From an uncultured candidate division Zixibacteria bacterium (GTDB lineage: Bacteria; Zixibacteria; MSB-5A5; GN15; FEB-12), in the NCBI GenBank assembly GCA_963664195.1, contig OY760907.1, forward strand, positions 64,001 to 128,000: 64,000 bases of DNA, read 5' to 3'. This document shows positions 38,282 to 48,267 of this stretch, one piece after another. The notes under the pieces were generated by a model. The model had not been told where the DNA came from. It saw only the letters and a program-made list of their open reading frames with translations, and searched no databases. Every line of letters starts with the position of its first letter. The first letter of the stretch is position 1. Made by a program: the position numbers and the translations under genes.

Positions 38282-39239
38282 CTCCCGCAATCGCGAAGAT
38301 GATCATGAGCATGTTTGAACTGCTGATATCTGCGTGCATCTCGGTGCTTGCATTCGCCGCTTCATTATTGAAGTACTCCGTCAGAGCGGCCAATTTGCCT
38401 TCTACGGTTTGGAGGTGCTGCTGTGTCTCATTCGCGAAGATCGCCTGGGCATTCGTTTGGCTCTTTGCCATTTGCCCCATCCAGCTGCTCGTGTGCTGAT
38501 AGGCCATCTGCAACTCGTCCAGCGTGGGGTTGGTCTCGGCTGCGAAAATCGAGGCCGCGTCGGAGTAGTTGCCTGCTTTCTGAGCATCGACTATCTTTCG
38601 GGCGCTTTCGTGCAGTCTGCGGTGCGGGCCTTCCCACTCGTGAAGCAGATTAGCAAACTCCGGATTCTCAGCCTTGTAAGCATGATACCACTGACCGAAC
38701 GGGCACTGTTCCGGATCAAGACCGCCATCAAACGGTTCCTTTGAAAGAACTGAGTTCGCCAGACGTTCGGTCCAGGAGAGGTGGTCAATCCAGCGCTCGC
38801 TAATCATGTTCTGAAGTGCCAAGTCGAAATCGACATAAGTTAGACCGATGTTGATCGCCGATTCGTGAAGGTGCTTGTGTGGTGCCTCGATCTCTTTCAG
38901 AAGGCGTCCGAGTTCAGGATCCGAATTGGCCAGTGCTTGCGTCTCCTCACCGTACAACCATTTGCCGAGTCCGCACTTGTGATCATCGGTCTGCACCAGG
39001 ACCTCGTGAACGTCATCGCTGGCGAACAGCGACTGGAGTTTCATGGTCCAGTTGAGGTGGTCGACCACCTTTTCGACCATGAGGACTTTGTTGTCACCGG
39101 CGTTCGACGACACTCCGATGTTGTCTTCGATACTGCCGAAGCTCGCCCAATTGTTGGCACTGGCCGCGATGAAAAGCGCCAGTATTACTCCGAAGCCCGC
39201 CCCCAGTTTCTTACCTATCTTGAGATTCTTCCAGCTCAC
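37125..39239 (-). CDS. Methyl-accepting chemotaxis protein with two CZB domains
   Basis: DHLNW...HKCGLGKW...HKHLH and DHLSW...QCPFGQW...HRRLH; MCP hairpin; GTG after GGGAGG. Confidence 0.93.
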   Translation of the reverse strand: MSWKNLKIGKKLGAGFGVILALFIAASANNWASFGSIEDNIGVSSNAGDNKVLMVEKVVDHLNWTMKLQSLFASDDVHEVLVQTDDHKCGLGKWLYGEETQALANSDPELGRLLKEIEAPHKHLHESAINIGLTYVDFDLALQNMISERWIDHLSWTERLANSVLSKEPFDGGLDPEQCPFGQWYHAYKAENPEFANLLHEWEGPHRRLHESARKIVDAQKAGNYSDAASIFAAETNPTLDELQMAYQHTSSWMGQMAKSQTNAQAIFANETQQHLQTVEGKLAALTEYFNNEAANASTEMHADISSSNMLMIIFAIAGVLIGIFAAFIITRGIAGPVSKMASVAESISTGDIDHSIDLDSKDEIGLLAVSFRNLIDYMKGLAGAAESIANNDLTVHVEPKSSKDILGNSFKTMTHNLTGMVRQLRDNATQLVTAATEISSASEQMAKGATDQSQQVNQVSAAVEEMSATILESSRNSGEATEASRTASDTATNGGEIVSNTIAGMQRINDVVRESADSIAKLATSADQIGEIVSVIDDIADQTNLLALNAAIEAARAGEQGRGFAVVADEVRKLAERTGKATGEITDMIKGIQQETGDAVQSMEAGVQEVDKGRDLADQAGNSLSEVVAMSARVMDMIQQIATASEEQSVAAEQISKNIEHINSVTKETAAGAEQSAAAAEELNRQAEGMQEMVARFNISNES

Positions 39240-39488
39240 ATTGGCCTCCCATTGTTGTCTGCCTTGCTCCGTGCCGAGGTAGTGTTCATCCCTGTGCAGC
39301 TGCCCTTTTCACACGTTTCGTGCACAAAGACCGTTCATAGGTGTCAGAGTGGTCGCTTTTGGGGAGCGAACAGACCGACTTTCTCGTAATACTCTTTTTC
39401 GACATTTATCGTCATCTGCGAAATGGGCAAGAATCGGCATGGATTGGGTATTGCACATACCTGATGTCCGCGGCAAATGCAGTACTAC

Positions 39489-40565
39489 TCACAGATTTGG
39501 AGCCCGAGTCTCCAGGCTCTTGAGATATGTGACGAGGTTCAGTGATCGGTTGGTAAGCCCCAGCTTCCTTCGTATCTGTTTTCGCTGAGTAAGGACGGTC
39601 TGTACCGATGTGCAGAAGGCCGCGGCTATGTCTTTTGACCCAAAGCCGCTCCTGACCATGTGACATATTTCAAGCTCTCGGGAGGATAATTCCGCATGTT
39701 CGGCTTCCAGCTTGGCAACCATAGGGGAGGCAAAGTCTACCAGGCAGCTTTCCAGCAAACCGGCGTATTGCCTCTGCGTGGGGCTTTCTGCCTGCTTCAT
39801 GAGCTGTAGTATAGGCAAAGCGATTCGCTTCATGTTGGTAGCGATTTCCAGCGCGCTTTCCTTTCGGGAATCTTCAACCTGCCAGAGGACTTCCTTCAGA
39901 GCAGCGTCCTTGTTCTGGAGTTGATCCTCCAGTTCAATAATCCTGAGTCTTGCTTTGTGCAGTTCAGCTTCGATCTGTCTCCTGTAGCCGACCTCAACCA
40001 GTGACATCACGCCCAGAGGGTGCCCCTGGATATCCTGCTCAAACATCCTGATTTCGCAGACGACTCCGGTTCCGCCGGCTCTTGTCAGAGACGACTCAAA
40101 CGATTGTCGGTGACCCTTTTCAAAGAGATTGACGGCCATATTACGATCGCCGGGAGCGAAGAGATCAAATACGGAACGCTCGATGAGCTCTGCCGTGGGG
40201 AGGCCAAGAAGCTGCTCGACCACACGATTGCAACCGCGAATCACACCCTGGTCGAATACGATGCGCCCTTCGACTCTTGCATCGGGACACAAGAATTCAC
40301 TGTAATAATCGGAGGAGTCGTGGGAATCGGATCGATTCTCACACGACGAAGATGACAGAACTCGGGCCAGAGTTCTGTTTTTTGTAGTGCCTTGGGCCAA
40401 AATCATTCCTGCTGTAGCGCCTGCTGTCCATTCCCCAGAAGACTCTGTCAGTCCCTTAAATGTCTTCTCAAACCAGCGTACGCAGTTTTTCGAGCCTATA
40501 TACAGTATCGGACCCGGTGTTACTTTCTTAACACCCCACCTCGATTCGCTGTCATACCGGGCCAA
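39489..40565 (-). CDS. PAS-domain, LuxR-type HTH transcriptional regulator
   Basis: PAS-like (CNRVVEQLLG..ELI), coiled coil, LSSRELEIC...SKDIA...TVLTQRKQIRRKLG; start uncertain. Confidence 0.8.
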   Translation of the reverse strand: MARYDSESRWGVKKVTPGPILYIGSKNCVRWFEKTFKGLTESSGEWTAGATAGMILAQGTTKNRTLARVLSSSSCENRSDSHDSSDYYSEFLCPDARVEGRIVFDQGVIRGCNRVVEQLLGLPTAELIERSVFDLFAPGDRNMAVNLFEKGHRQSFESSLTRAGGTGVVCEIRMFEQDIQGHPLGVMSLVEVGYRRQIEAELHKARLRIIELEDQLQNKDAALKEVLWQVEDSRKESALEIATNMKRIALPILQLMKQAESPTQRQYAGLLESCLVDFASPMVAKLEAEHAELSSRELEICHMVRSGFGSKDIAAAFCTSVQTVLTQRKQIRRKLGLTNRSLNLVTYLKSLETRAPNL

Positions 40566-40629
40566 CGCTTGCGATTTTCGTTGATTTTCACTACCCTTTT
40601 TTCACAAATCAACCGTTGAGGCCGTAAAG

Positions 40630-41277
40630 ATGGATTTTCGAGAATTAGGACGTTTGCCAAACCTGCTCAGCCTGTCGCGCATCCCCCTGTCATTCGCAGT
40701 CTGGTATTTCGTTCGTTTCGAGGATTCGACGTCAATCATCATTGCGGCATCGCTGCTGACGTTGGCCGGTATGACCGACGGACTCGACGGTTATTTTGCG
40801 CGCAGGCAGGGACAGATAACAAAGCTGGGTATTGCCCTTGATCCGATCGCCGACAAGTTTTTTGCGATCATCCTGGTGTTTGCCCTGATTGTCCACCGCG
40901 ATTTTCCCGTGTGGCTGGCCACGGCTGTGGTCGGGAGAGACTTGCTGATACTGATCGGCGGGCTGTTCCTTTCAAAAGACAAACGAGTCAGTCTGCCGTC
41001 GAACATGACCGGGAAGTACGCCTTTGGGATGATCTCTGTGCTCATCGCGAGCTACGTGATTCAGTACCCGTTCGGCATTGCCATCGTCACACCAATCGTG
41101 GTTGTCCTGCTGGCGGCGTCTACTATTGGCTATGCCAGGGTGTTCTATCTAGTCAGCCATGATCGCCCGGTTCCGCCGTACGAGGAGACATCGATCCGAC
41201 GAGTCCTCCGTCTCGGATTCCTGTACGGGTTTTCGGTCGTGTATTTGGTGAAACTCTATCTCGACCTGCTGAGATAG
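40630..41277 (+). CDS. CDP-alcohol phosphatidyltransferase (PgsA-like)
   Basis: PNLLSLSR, DGLDGYFAR..G..LDPIADK. Confidence 0.92.
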   Translation: MDFRELGRLPNLLSLSRIPLSFAVWYFVRFEDSTSIIIAASLLTLAGMTDGLDGYFARRQGQITKLGIALDPIADKFFAIILVFALIVHRDFPVWLATAVVGRDLLILIGGLFLSKDKRVSLPSNMTGKYAFGMISVLIASYVIQYPFGIAIVTPIVVVLLAASTIGYARVFYLVSHDRPVPPYEETSIRRVLRLGFLYGFSVVYLVKLYLDLLR

Positions 41278-41287
41278 CTATACGCGG

Positions 41288-43636
41288 TCAATTGCCGCCG
41301 GTTCTCAGCACACTCAACCGACTGAACAACTCTTCGTCCGGATGCAGAGAGCTTTCGTGCGGACTCCAGCCTACATCGTGGAGAAGTCTGGCAATCTCAC
41401 CAAAGTAGTCAATCTGGATTGCGATCTGCTCCATCGTCGCCTGACAGTCATTCCTGACCGCGTCAAGTGTCTCTACAATCGAACGTTTCCCGGCAGAGTA
41501 CTGCTGGAGTATTGTCTTTGCGTAATCACCGGAGAGCTGAGATGATCGTGCTGCCGGTGCATATATGGATGCCTGATTGAGCACCCTCGCCAACTGGCAA
41601 CGGACACGATTGGCCAATTCCAGTCGGACGTGATCCTTCCGGTACTGCGCGCCGGTGAGATCGGCCTTGATACGACCGCGCTCTTTGAGTCGTTGGCCGC
41701 CGTTGAACAGGGGCAATTCCAGTCGGGTGCCCACAGACCAGACGGCATGCTCTTCCTCGAAATCAGCCGTACTGCGTCGCTCATCCACCAGTCCAAATGA
41801 TGCATACAGCCCGAGTTCCGGGAGAAACCGGGCAGAATTCCCTGCCAGAAGATTGCGTTGCTGATCGACCGCCAAGTCCGCTTCCTGTAAACCGGGGTTG
41901 TTCTTTCCGACGGCCCCCACCAAAAAACCGGCAAGTTGTTCTCGTGATTCGTTAGTCGAGGTCAACAGCACAAACCTGCTCTGTCCACGCATGACAGCCT
42001 CTTCGGAGAAGTAGCGGTCTTCGAGAAAGAACGGCAGCTCGCCCGGTCTTCCCTGAAGCGTGTTCAGCACGATACCGGCGATTTCCAACCTGGCCCTGGC
42101 ATCGCTCACCGCTCGAAGAGCTTTGAAATACTCATCCTCCCAGCGGAAATCATCACCCGGGGCGTCATCACCGAGCGTCTTGCGGACACGCGCCATCTGA
42201 AGGGCGAGTTCCGCGTTGCGGAGGTACGTGACCTGCGCCAGACGAAACTGCGTAGCTTTGAAGTAATCAAGGAAAGCTATCGTCACGGCAAGTTCCAGGT
42301 CCAGGGTTGCCTGCGCCCGGTCAAGCTCCGTTATATCTCGCATCAGCCGGGCCTGCTGAATGCCCCGGATTGTCCCCAGCGAAAACAATGTCTGCTCCAG
42401 ATTGATCGAGGCGTGGTATCGTTCGTTCTCGTAGCGATCATCGTTGTGAACGGTGTTGTCATCAAAATACGAAATCGATCCCTCCGCCCGAACCTGCGGA
42501 AAATACGCTGCTTTGGCCTCCCCGGCGGCCAGCACGGCAGCCTCGAGGACGTTGTATTTTGCCTGATATTCCGGATTCTGTGACAGTGCCCGTTCGACAG
42601 CTTCCGCCAGCGTAACTCGTTCCACGTCCTGCGAGGGAGGTGATTCGACGATATTGGTGGACCTCCAGAGACCGGGCGGCAACTCGTTCCCGGTGGCGAC
42701 AAACGCGTGTTGGTTCACCCATCGTCCGATCTGCTCATCAATGACCACCGGCAAGTCGGCCGGCAGCGCCCCGATGATAATCTGGACCGCCTTCCAGGCC
42801 TGGATGCGTGCGGTGACTTCAGGCCGCTCTCCCGATCCGCCCCCCCAGGCACCGCGGCGGACATGGTACTCCCCCTCACTGCTGAAGGCACGGATGCCGT
42901 CGCGAAGAATCTGAGAGTAAAGCTGCCTGATCTTGTCGGCGGAACACCCCCAGAGAGGCGGCAGATAGACGGCATCAATATCTTTGTCGAGCGCCTGATA
43001 GGCACGGAAAAAGGCAAACGTCCCGTTCCGGTCATATCCCTCCGCGGTCACTACCTCCCACCCGAGTGCCCCGGCATAGAGATTGATATTGTCGAGAAAC
43101 GCACCGGTCTCATCGCCAGTCGGGAAGAAAAGCACACCGAGTTTCTTGACCTCGGTCAACCTCGCTATATCGTCCAGATCGTAAGCTGTTTTGTGACGAC
43201 GGATACGCACCGTCAGGTTGTCTACAATCGGCCTTCCCCCCTTGTCAACGATCCCCTCGATCAACGGATCATATCTGAAGGCTGCGATTATGGGCCTGTC
43301 GAATCCGGCGGCGAGGAGGTCTTCCACCGTCCACGGTCCGAGAGCGACGACCAGATCGATTGACCTGTCGGCGGTCAACTCGGCAGCCATCCGGCGACAT
43401 TTCTCACGGTCCCACTCGGCCGACTTGAACCCCTGCGGTACGGAAACAGCCTTGTAGCCGGCCGGGAGCATTTCGGCTAGTTGATCGCTGAAATGACGAC
43501 GCAACTCGGCGTGAGCCGGATACTCGCCCCCCTCAAGGAAGCCGATATTCCAACTGGTTTTGGTCTGACAGATGGTAGAATCAGCACCGACCAGGACGGT
43601 CAGCAGAACTAGCAGGCAATAGAAAGTAACTCTCAC
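41288..43636 (-). CDS. ABC-type solute-binding domain fused to TolC family domain
   Basis: Signal peptide; ~330-aa PBP-like region (IDAVYL, GALPADLPV); then VTLAEAVERAL, LEQTLF, LELPLFNGG. Confidence 0.78.
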   Translation of the reverse strand: MRVTFYCLLVLLTVLVGADSTICQTKTSWNIGFLEGGEYPAHAELRRHFSDQLAEMLPAGYKAVSVPQGFKSAEWDREKCRRMAAELTADRSIDLVVALGPWTVEDLLAAGFDRPIIAAFRYDPLIEGIVDKGGRPIVDNLTVRIRRHKTAYDLDDIARLTEVKKLGVLFFPTGDETGAFLDNINLYAGALGWEVVTAEGYDRNGTFAFFRAYQALDKDIDAVYLPPLWGCSADKIRQLYSQILRDGIRAFSSEGEYHVRRGAWGGGSGERPEVTARIQAWKAVQIIIGALPADLPVVIDEQIGRWVNQHAFVATGNELPPGLWRSTNIVESPPSQDVERVTLAEAVERALSQNPEYQAKYNVLEAAVLAAGEAKAAYFPQVRAEGSISYFDDNTVHNDDRYENERYHASINLEQTLFSLGTIRGIQQARLMRDITELDRAQATLDLELAVTIAFLDYFKATQFRLAQVTYLRNAELALQMARVRKTLGDDAPGDDFRWEDEYFKALRAVSDARARLEIAGIVLNTLQGRPGELPFFLEDRYFSEEAVMRGQSRFVLLTSTNESREQLAGFLVGAVGKNNPGLQEADLAVDQQRNLLAGNSARFLPELGLYASFGLVDERRSTADFEEEHAVWSVGTRLELPLFNGGQRLKERGRIKADLTGAQYRKDHVRLELANRVRCQLARVLNQASIYAPAARSSQLSGDYAKTILQQYSAGKRSIVETLDAVRNDCQATMEQIAIQIDYFGEIARLLHDVGWSPHESSLHPDEELFSRLSVLRTGGN

Positions 43637-43754
43637 CGGTACACAACTCCATAGATAGCCGTTGGCAATGAATCAACATAGCGAAAAGGCGAGGTCTTTT
43701 GAAGAGAATTTTCCCGCCCCCCGAGAGACAGAACCTGTCTTCAGAGACTCGATA

Positions 43755-44204
43755 CTACTCCAGAACCTTCTTGACAGCGTCGGACAAGTCAGTGGCACGA
43801 TACGGTTTTTGCAGAAAGCTCGTGTTTGCCACCAGCTCGGGAGGGAGCTCGGAAATGTCGACCATGTGGCCGGTGGAAATAATGGCCGGCAGGTCTGGAA
43901 TCAGCTCGCGAAGTCTACCAATGGTATCGATTCCGGACAGACCCTCCATAGACATATCCACTACCACCAGATCAAGGCCGTCGGAAGCACTCTCTGCCTG
44001 CTTAATGCCGTCTTCCCCGGACTCCGCGAGGAGCACTTCGTAGCCGGAGCGCTCGAGGATTTTCTGAGCCAGCATACGGATCATCTGTTCATCGTCGACA
44101 ACGAGAATTCTATAAGTATTGCCCAAACTTGCTCTCTCTCTTTCGGTTGCCCTTGTCCCTCTGGTGGGAATGTCGCTGCCCTTGTCCATAGGTAATTGAT
44201 TCAC
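43755..44204 (-). CDS. Single-domain response regulator
   Basis: ILVVDDE, VVVDMSM, STG, FLQKPY; start may be ATG 44189. Confidence 0.88.
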   Translation of the reverse strand: MNQLPMDKGSDIPTRGTRATERERASLGNTYRILVVDDEQMIRMLAQKILERSGYEVLLAESGEDGIKQAESASDGLDLVVVDMSMEGLSGIDTIGRLRELIPDLPAIISTGHMVDISELPPELVANTSFLQKPYRATDLSDAVKKVLE

Positions 44205-44310
44205 CTATAAGAATGTTCCGCTGGCCTTGCAACTACTTTTTTCCTTTCTCCCTGTACGGATCAAACGCCCGGCAGCCACTTGCCAGACCGAATGCTCGAC
44301 AATAAAATCA

Positions 44311-44338
44311 TTGACATCGAGAAAAAAGGTAGTTTATT
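44311..44338 (+). promoter_or_regulatory. Putative sigma70 promoter of leader/ABC operon
   Basis: TTGACA-N16-TTTATT in an AT-rich region. Confidence 0.5.
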
Positions 44339-44420
44339 GATGAAACTATTCGGTGATTAGCGCCGTAGAGCACTAAATGCATATCTAGTACTAAAACGTT
44401 ACGGAGTGAGGTCTATTTTC

Positions 44421-44498
44421 ATGATCAACACCAATCTCAACTTCTTTGTGTCGCCTTGCGGCGCATACCGTGGCGGGATAGATATGCCTGACGAATAG
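44421..44498 (+). CDS. Putative leader peptide MINTNLNFFVSPCGAYRGGIDMPDE (25 aa)
   Basis: GGAGTGAGG upstream; ATG 44421 to TAG 44498; overlaps antiterminator arm. Confidence 0.62.
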   Translation: MINTNLNFFVSPCGAYRGGIDMPDE

Positions 44499-44556
44499 TC
44501 ATATGCAAATTTGCAGGTATTGCCCGCCACGACTCATCAGTCTGGCGGGCTTTTTT
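44469..44556 (+). promoter_or_regulatory. Transcription attenuator (terminator/antiterminator)
   Basis: Terminator GCCCGCCA-c-GACT-catc-AGTC-TGGCGGGC-TTTTTT (44522-44556); CGTGGCGGG (44469-44477) complementary to CCCGCCACG (44523-44531). Confidence 0.78.
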
Positions 44557-44615
44557 ATTGGCCGTCGGACCCGGAGAACCAAACGACGGAAGACTTTAAC
44601 GACAGGGCTGATAAA

Positions 44616-46412
44616 ATGACCAGCGACTTTTTTGAAGACGAACAAATGACCAAAGCCGAGGCCGATATAGGCAGCCGGCGTGCTTTCGGACGCCTGCTCC
44701 CGTTCCTGAACGAGCATCGCAGGAGCCTCGGCATATCTTTCATACTCCTGGCCGTAACCACGCTGCTCTCCCTGTGCTGGCCGATTCTGTTGAAGGAGGC
44801 TATTGACGGCCCCCTCACCAAGCACGACTACACAGGTCTGTTGCGGCTGGCCGGTGTCATAGGCGCAATCCAGATCGTCACGGTTGTCCTGCAGTATTTC
44901 ATGCGGGTCAAGCTGGAGATTATCGGGCAGGACATCATGCTTTCGCTCAAGCGGAAGCTGTACGACCATATGCTGTCCCTCGATATCGCCTTCTTTGACC
45001 GGAATCCGGTCGGACGACTGATGGCGAGAATCGAATCCGACACGGAGTCGCTTCGGCTCTTGTTCACGAACACGGTGCTGCTAGTTGTGGCCGATCTGAT
45101 CATGATTATCGGTCTCTACAGCGTCCTGTTCTGGTACAACTGGAGAATGGCGGCAATTCTCCTGACGGTGATCCCGGTTGTCGCGGTGCTTACATGGGTA
45201 TTCCACAAGACCACGACACATCGATTCCTGGAGGTTCGCAAGCGGATGGCCGAGGTAACGGCCAGCCTGACGGAGTTCCTTCACGGCATGTCTATCGTCC
45301 AGATATTCCACCGTGGAGCGTACGCCCGGGGCAAGGTATTCCGGGTCAACGAAGCCAAGTTCTCCGAAGACGCCTGGGTGAACATAGCAGTGTGCATGTT
45401 CTTCAACACGGTGTTCTTCTTTGAGTACATAAAGATTGGCCTGGTGCTGCTTTTCGGTCACCGGTTTGGATTGACGACCGGCTTGATGGTCCTGTTCCTG
45501 GTGAATATCTGGCGCTCGTTTGAGCCGATATTCAGGACCTCGGAGCAGTTGGCCAACTTCCAGAAGGGAGTTGCCGGCGCCAAGCGAATATTCGCATTGC
45601 TGGCTACCGAGCCGAAACTGGTTGATTCGGACAGTCCGGTTCCGTGGCCAGGTTTCGTGGACGCCATACGTTTTGAAAACGTCTGGTTCTCGTACAATGA
45701 CAACGATGACTACGTCCTTCGCAATGTCAATTTCGAGATCAAGGCCGGCACAAGCGTAGCGCTCGCAGGAATCACCGGCGGCGGCAAATCGACCGTAATT
45801 TCGCTGCTCCTGAGGATGTACGATCCGCAACGCGGGCGGATCACCGTCGACGGCATTGACATCAAGGAAATCCCGGTAGCGGATCTGCGGCGAAGATTCG
45901 CGCTCGTATTGCAGGACATCTTCCTGTTCCCGGGCAGCATCTCGGCCAACATCGGGCTTGAGGCCGAAGAGGTCCCGCAGGAAGGAATCGTTGAGGCTGC
46001 CGAAACGGTGGCTGCCGACGAGTTCATCCGGAAACTGCCCGAAGGCTACGATACCGAGGTCTCTGAGAAAGGAGCCAATTTCAGTCGCGGCGAACGACAG
46101 TTGCTGTCATTCGCCCGAGCACTGGCTTTCGATCCGGAGATCCTGATTCTCGACGAAGCGACATCCTCGGTTGATCCGGAAACTGAACGGACCATCCAGG
46201 GATCGCTGAAAAAGCTGATGACCGGCAGAACGTCGCTGATTATAGCACACCGGTTGTCTACGATCCTCGATGTCGATCAGATACTGGTGATCCGTCGAGG
46301 GGAAATCGTCGAGCGCGGTACTCATACGGAACTGCTGTTGCAGAACGGCTACTACTCCAAGCTGTTCCACCTGCAGTTCAAGAACAAAAACGGAGTTACG
46401 ACTAATGTTTGA
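44616..46412 (+). CDS. Heterodimeric ABC exporter subunit (MdlB/BmrD-like)
   Basis: TMD+NBD; GITGGGKST, degenerate signature FSRGERQ, ILDEATS. Confidence 0.92.
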   Translation: MTSDFFEDEQMTKAEADIGSRRAFGRLLPFLNEHRRSLGISFILLAVTTLLSLCWPILLKEAIDGPLTKHDYTGLLRLAGVIGAIQIVTVVLQYFMRVKLEIIGQDIMLSLKRKLYDHMLSLDIAFFDRNPVGRLMARIESDTESLRLLFTNTVLLVVADLIMIIGLYSVLFWYNWRMAAILLTVIPVVAVLTWVFHKTTTHRFLEVRKRMAEVTASLTEFLHGMSIVQIFHRGAYARGKVFRVNEAKFSEDAWVNIAVCMFFNTVFFFEYIKIGLVLLFGHRFGLTTGLMVLFLVNIWRSFEPIFRTSEQLANFQKGVAGAKRIFALLATEPKLVDSDSPVPWPGFVDAIRFENVWFSYNDNDDYVLRNVNFEIKAGTSVALAGITGGGKSTVISLLLRMYDPQRGRITVDGIDIKEIPVADLRRRFALVLQDIFLFPGSISANIGLEAEEVPQEGIVEAAETVAADEFIRKLPEGYDTEVSEKGANFSRGERQLLSFARALAFDPEILILDEATSSVDPETERTIQGSLKKLMTGRTSLIIAHRLSTILDVDQILVIRRGEIVERGTHTELLLQNGYYSKLFHLQFKNKNGVTTNV

Positions 46413-48204
46413 TAAACTGAAATGGCTGGCGAAGTATTACCGTCGCCACCTCTATGTCCTCGGCGTCCTGATACTGCTCACCCCGGTGCAGACAGTTTTC
46501 CAGGTGGCGATTCCGCAGTTGTTCGGGTTCACGATTGATTTCGTGAATACCGGGACAATCCCGGATCACTTCCTGGCTCGCTGGCTCACCGATGGTGCCG
46601 CGTATCTTGGTCTGGATCCGATAGCGGCTTTCGGGCTGGGCTTCATCTGGCTGGGGTTTATCGCCAGTGTGCTGTACGCCTACGTCCAGACGCACCGTGC
46701 CTGGATGAACTGCCGCATGGAATGGCTGTTTCGTCAGGAAGCGTTCGACCGGATTACCTCGAAAGGACCCGACTTTTTCAACCGGTTCCGCACGGGTGAT
46801 CTTGTCACCAGACTGACCGACGACGTGGCCGAGAAACTGTCCTGGTTTGCCTGCTCGGGCATCTTCAGGCTGTACGAGGCGCTGTTGGTTATCGCGTTCA
46901 TCGTGGCGATGATGATCAGTATCGATCCGTGGCTGACGCTCTGGACTGCGGGGCCGTTGCCTATCCTGGTCCTGGTCTTCTTCAAGACGTCCTCGACTCT
47001 GGATCGTCGCTACGAGCATCTGCAGAGCCGGATTTCGCAGTTCAACGACACGATGGAAGCCTGCTTCTCGGGAATCCGCGTCGTCAAGGCCTATGTGCGG
47101 GAGAAGGCTCAAAAATCGAAGTTTGCCACAGCGGCTGAAGACCGTCGTCAGGCGGAGATCGACTCGGTGAAGTTTGTCACGATCGTCGATTCCATGTACT
47201 TCTACATCTGGCAGTTTTCGATGGTAATCGTACTGCTGATCGGCGGCTACAAGGTGATTAACTCCGGCCTGTCGGTCGGAAACATGGCAACGTTCATTTA
47301 TTATGTCGTGTACCTTGTTTTCCCGATGTTCGACGTCGGTCAGTTCCTGGTGAAGTCACGGCAATCGGCGGTGTCAATAGGGAGACTGATCGAGCTTGAA
47401 GATGTGCCGGAAATGGTCTCCGACAACGGCAACGATACAGCCGGGCGCAGGATTGAAGGCCGTCTGACTCTGGAGGGGGCGAAGTTCGCTTTCCCGGAAT
47501 CAGAGCGTGAGATCATCGATGACATCTCGCTTGAGATTGAGTCCGGCAAGACGGTCGCCCTCGTGGGCAAGGTTGGTTCGGGTAAGAGCTGGCTCGTGAA
47601 CATGATCCCGAGGCTAGTCGATCCGACCGGCGGAACGATCAAACTCGACGGGTTGGATCTCCGCAAGTACCGCCTTGAGGATCTGCGGCGTTCCATCGGG
47701 TATGTGCCGCAGGAACCAGTGCTGTTCTCCGACACGCTGAGGAACAACATCCTGATGGGTCGGGATGATATCCCGGAGGCGGTCGTCGATTGGGCAGTCG
47801 AGGTCGCTCAACTCAAGAGTGATATCGAGGCTCTACCGGACGGAATCGACACGCCTATCGGTACTCGTGGAATGATGATTTCAGGCGGGCAGAAACAGCG
47901 TCTTGCCCTGGCAAGGGCGCTGGTCGGCAAGCCGAGCATTCTGATTCTCGACGACTGCACCTCGGCGCTGGATTCAAAAACAGAGGCTGTCCTTTGGGAT
48001 CGGCTGCACGAAGTCATGCCGGATATGAGCGCGATCTTGATCACGCATCGGCCGGGAACGCTCGAACAGGCCGATCGAATTCACGTGCTTGAAAACGGAC
48101 GAGTCATAGAGTCCGGAACGCATGCCGAGCTTGCTGCCAGAGACGGACACTACGCCCGGATATACAAACGATACCGGTTGCAAGAAGCCGTCACGGAGGG
48201 ATAA
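46405..48204 (+). CDS. Heterodimeric ABC exporter subunit (MdlA/BmrC-like)
   Basis: TMD+NBD; GKVGSGKS, ISGGQKQR, degenerate Walker B ILDDCTS. Confidence 0.92.
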   Translation: MFDKLKWLAKYYRRHLYVLGVLILLTPVQTVFQVAIPQLFGFTIDFVNTGTIPDHFLARWLTDGAAYLGLDPIAAFGLGFIWLGFIASVLYAYVQTHRAWMNCRMEWLFRQEAFDRITSKGPDFFNRFRTGDLVTRLTDDVAEKLSWFACSGIFRLYEALLVIAFIVAMMISIDPWLTLWTAGPLPILVLVFFKTSSTLDRRYEHLQSRISQFNDTMEACFSGIRVVKAYVREKAQKSKFATAAEDRRQAEIDSVKFVTIVDSMYFYIWQFSMVIVLLIGGYKVINSGLSVGNMATFIYYVVYLVFPMFDVGQFLVKSRQSAVSIGRLIELEDVPEMVSDNGNDTAGRRIEGRLTLEGAKFAFPESEREIIDDISLEIESGKTVALVGKVGSGKSWLVNMIPRLVDPTGGTIKLDGLDLRKYRLEDLRRSIGYVPQEPVLFSDTLRNNILMGRDDIPEAVVDWAVEVAQLKSDIEALPDGIDTPIGTRGMMISGGQKQRLALARALVGKPSILILDDCTSALDSKTEAVLWDRLHEVMPDMSAILITHRPGTLEQADRIHVLENGRVIESGTHAELAARDGHYARIYKRYRLQEAVTEG

Positions 48205-48234
48205 TGGTAACAAGTATCGGTGGTGGAGTGAGAG

Positions 48235-48267
48235 AACGAGGGAGCATCTGCTCCCTCGTTTGCTTTT
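48235..48267. terminator. Terminator between convergent ABC and gatD genes
   Basis: AACGAGGGAGCA-tc-TGCTCCCTCGTT then TGCTTTT. Confidence 0.8.

Noticed and set aside
36755..39440. Sigma28 or sigma54 promoters for the MCP genes
   Set aside because: Only partial matches (GACGATAA, GTCGAGAG, CGGCACG) without a convincing partner box
44421..44450. Leader as an Asn- or Phe-sensing attenuator (N3, N5, N7, F8, F9)
   Set aside because: Downstream genes are drug-type exporters, not amino-acid biosynthesis, and the codons may reflect an AT-rich 5' end; not fully excluded
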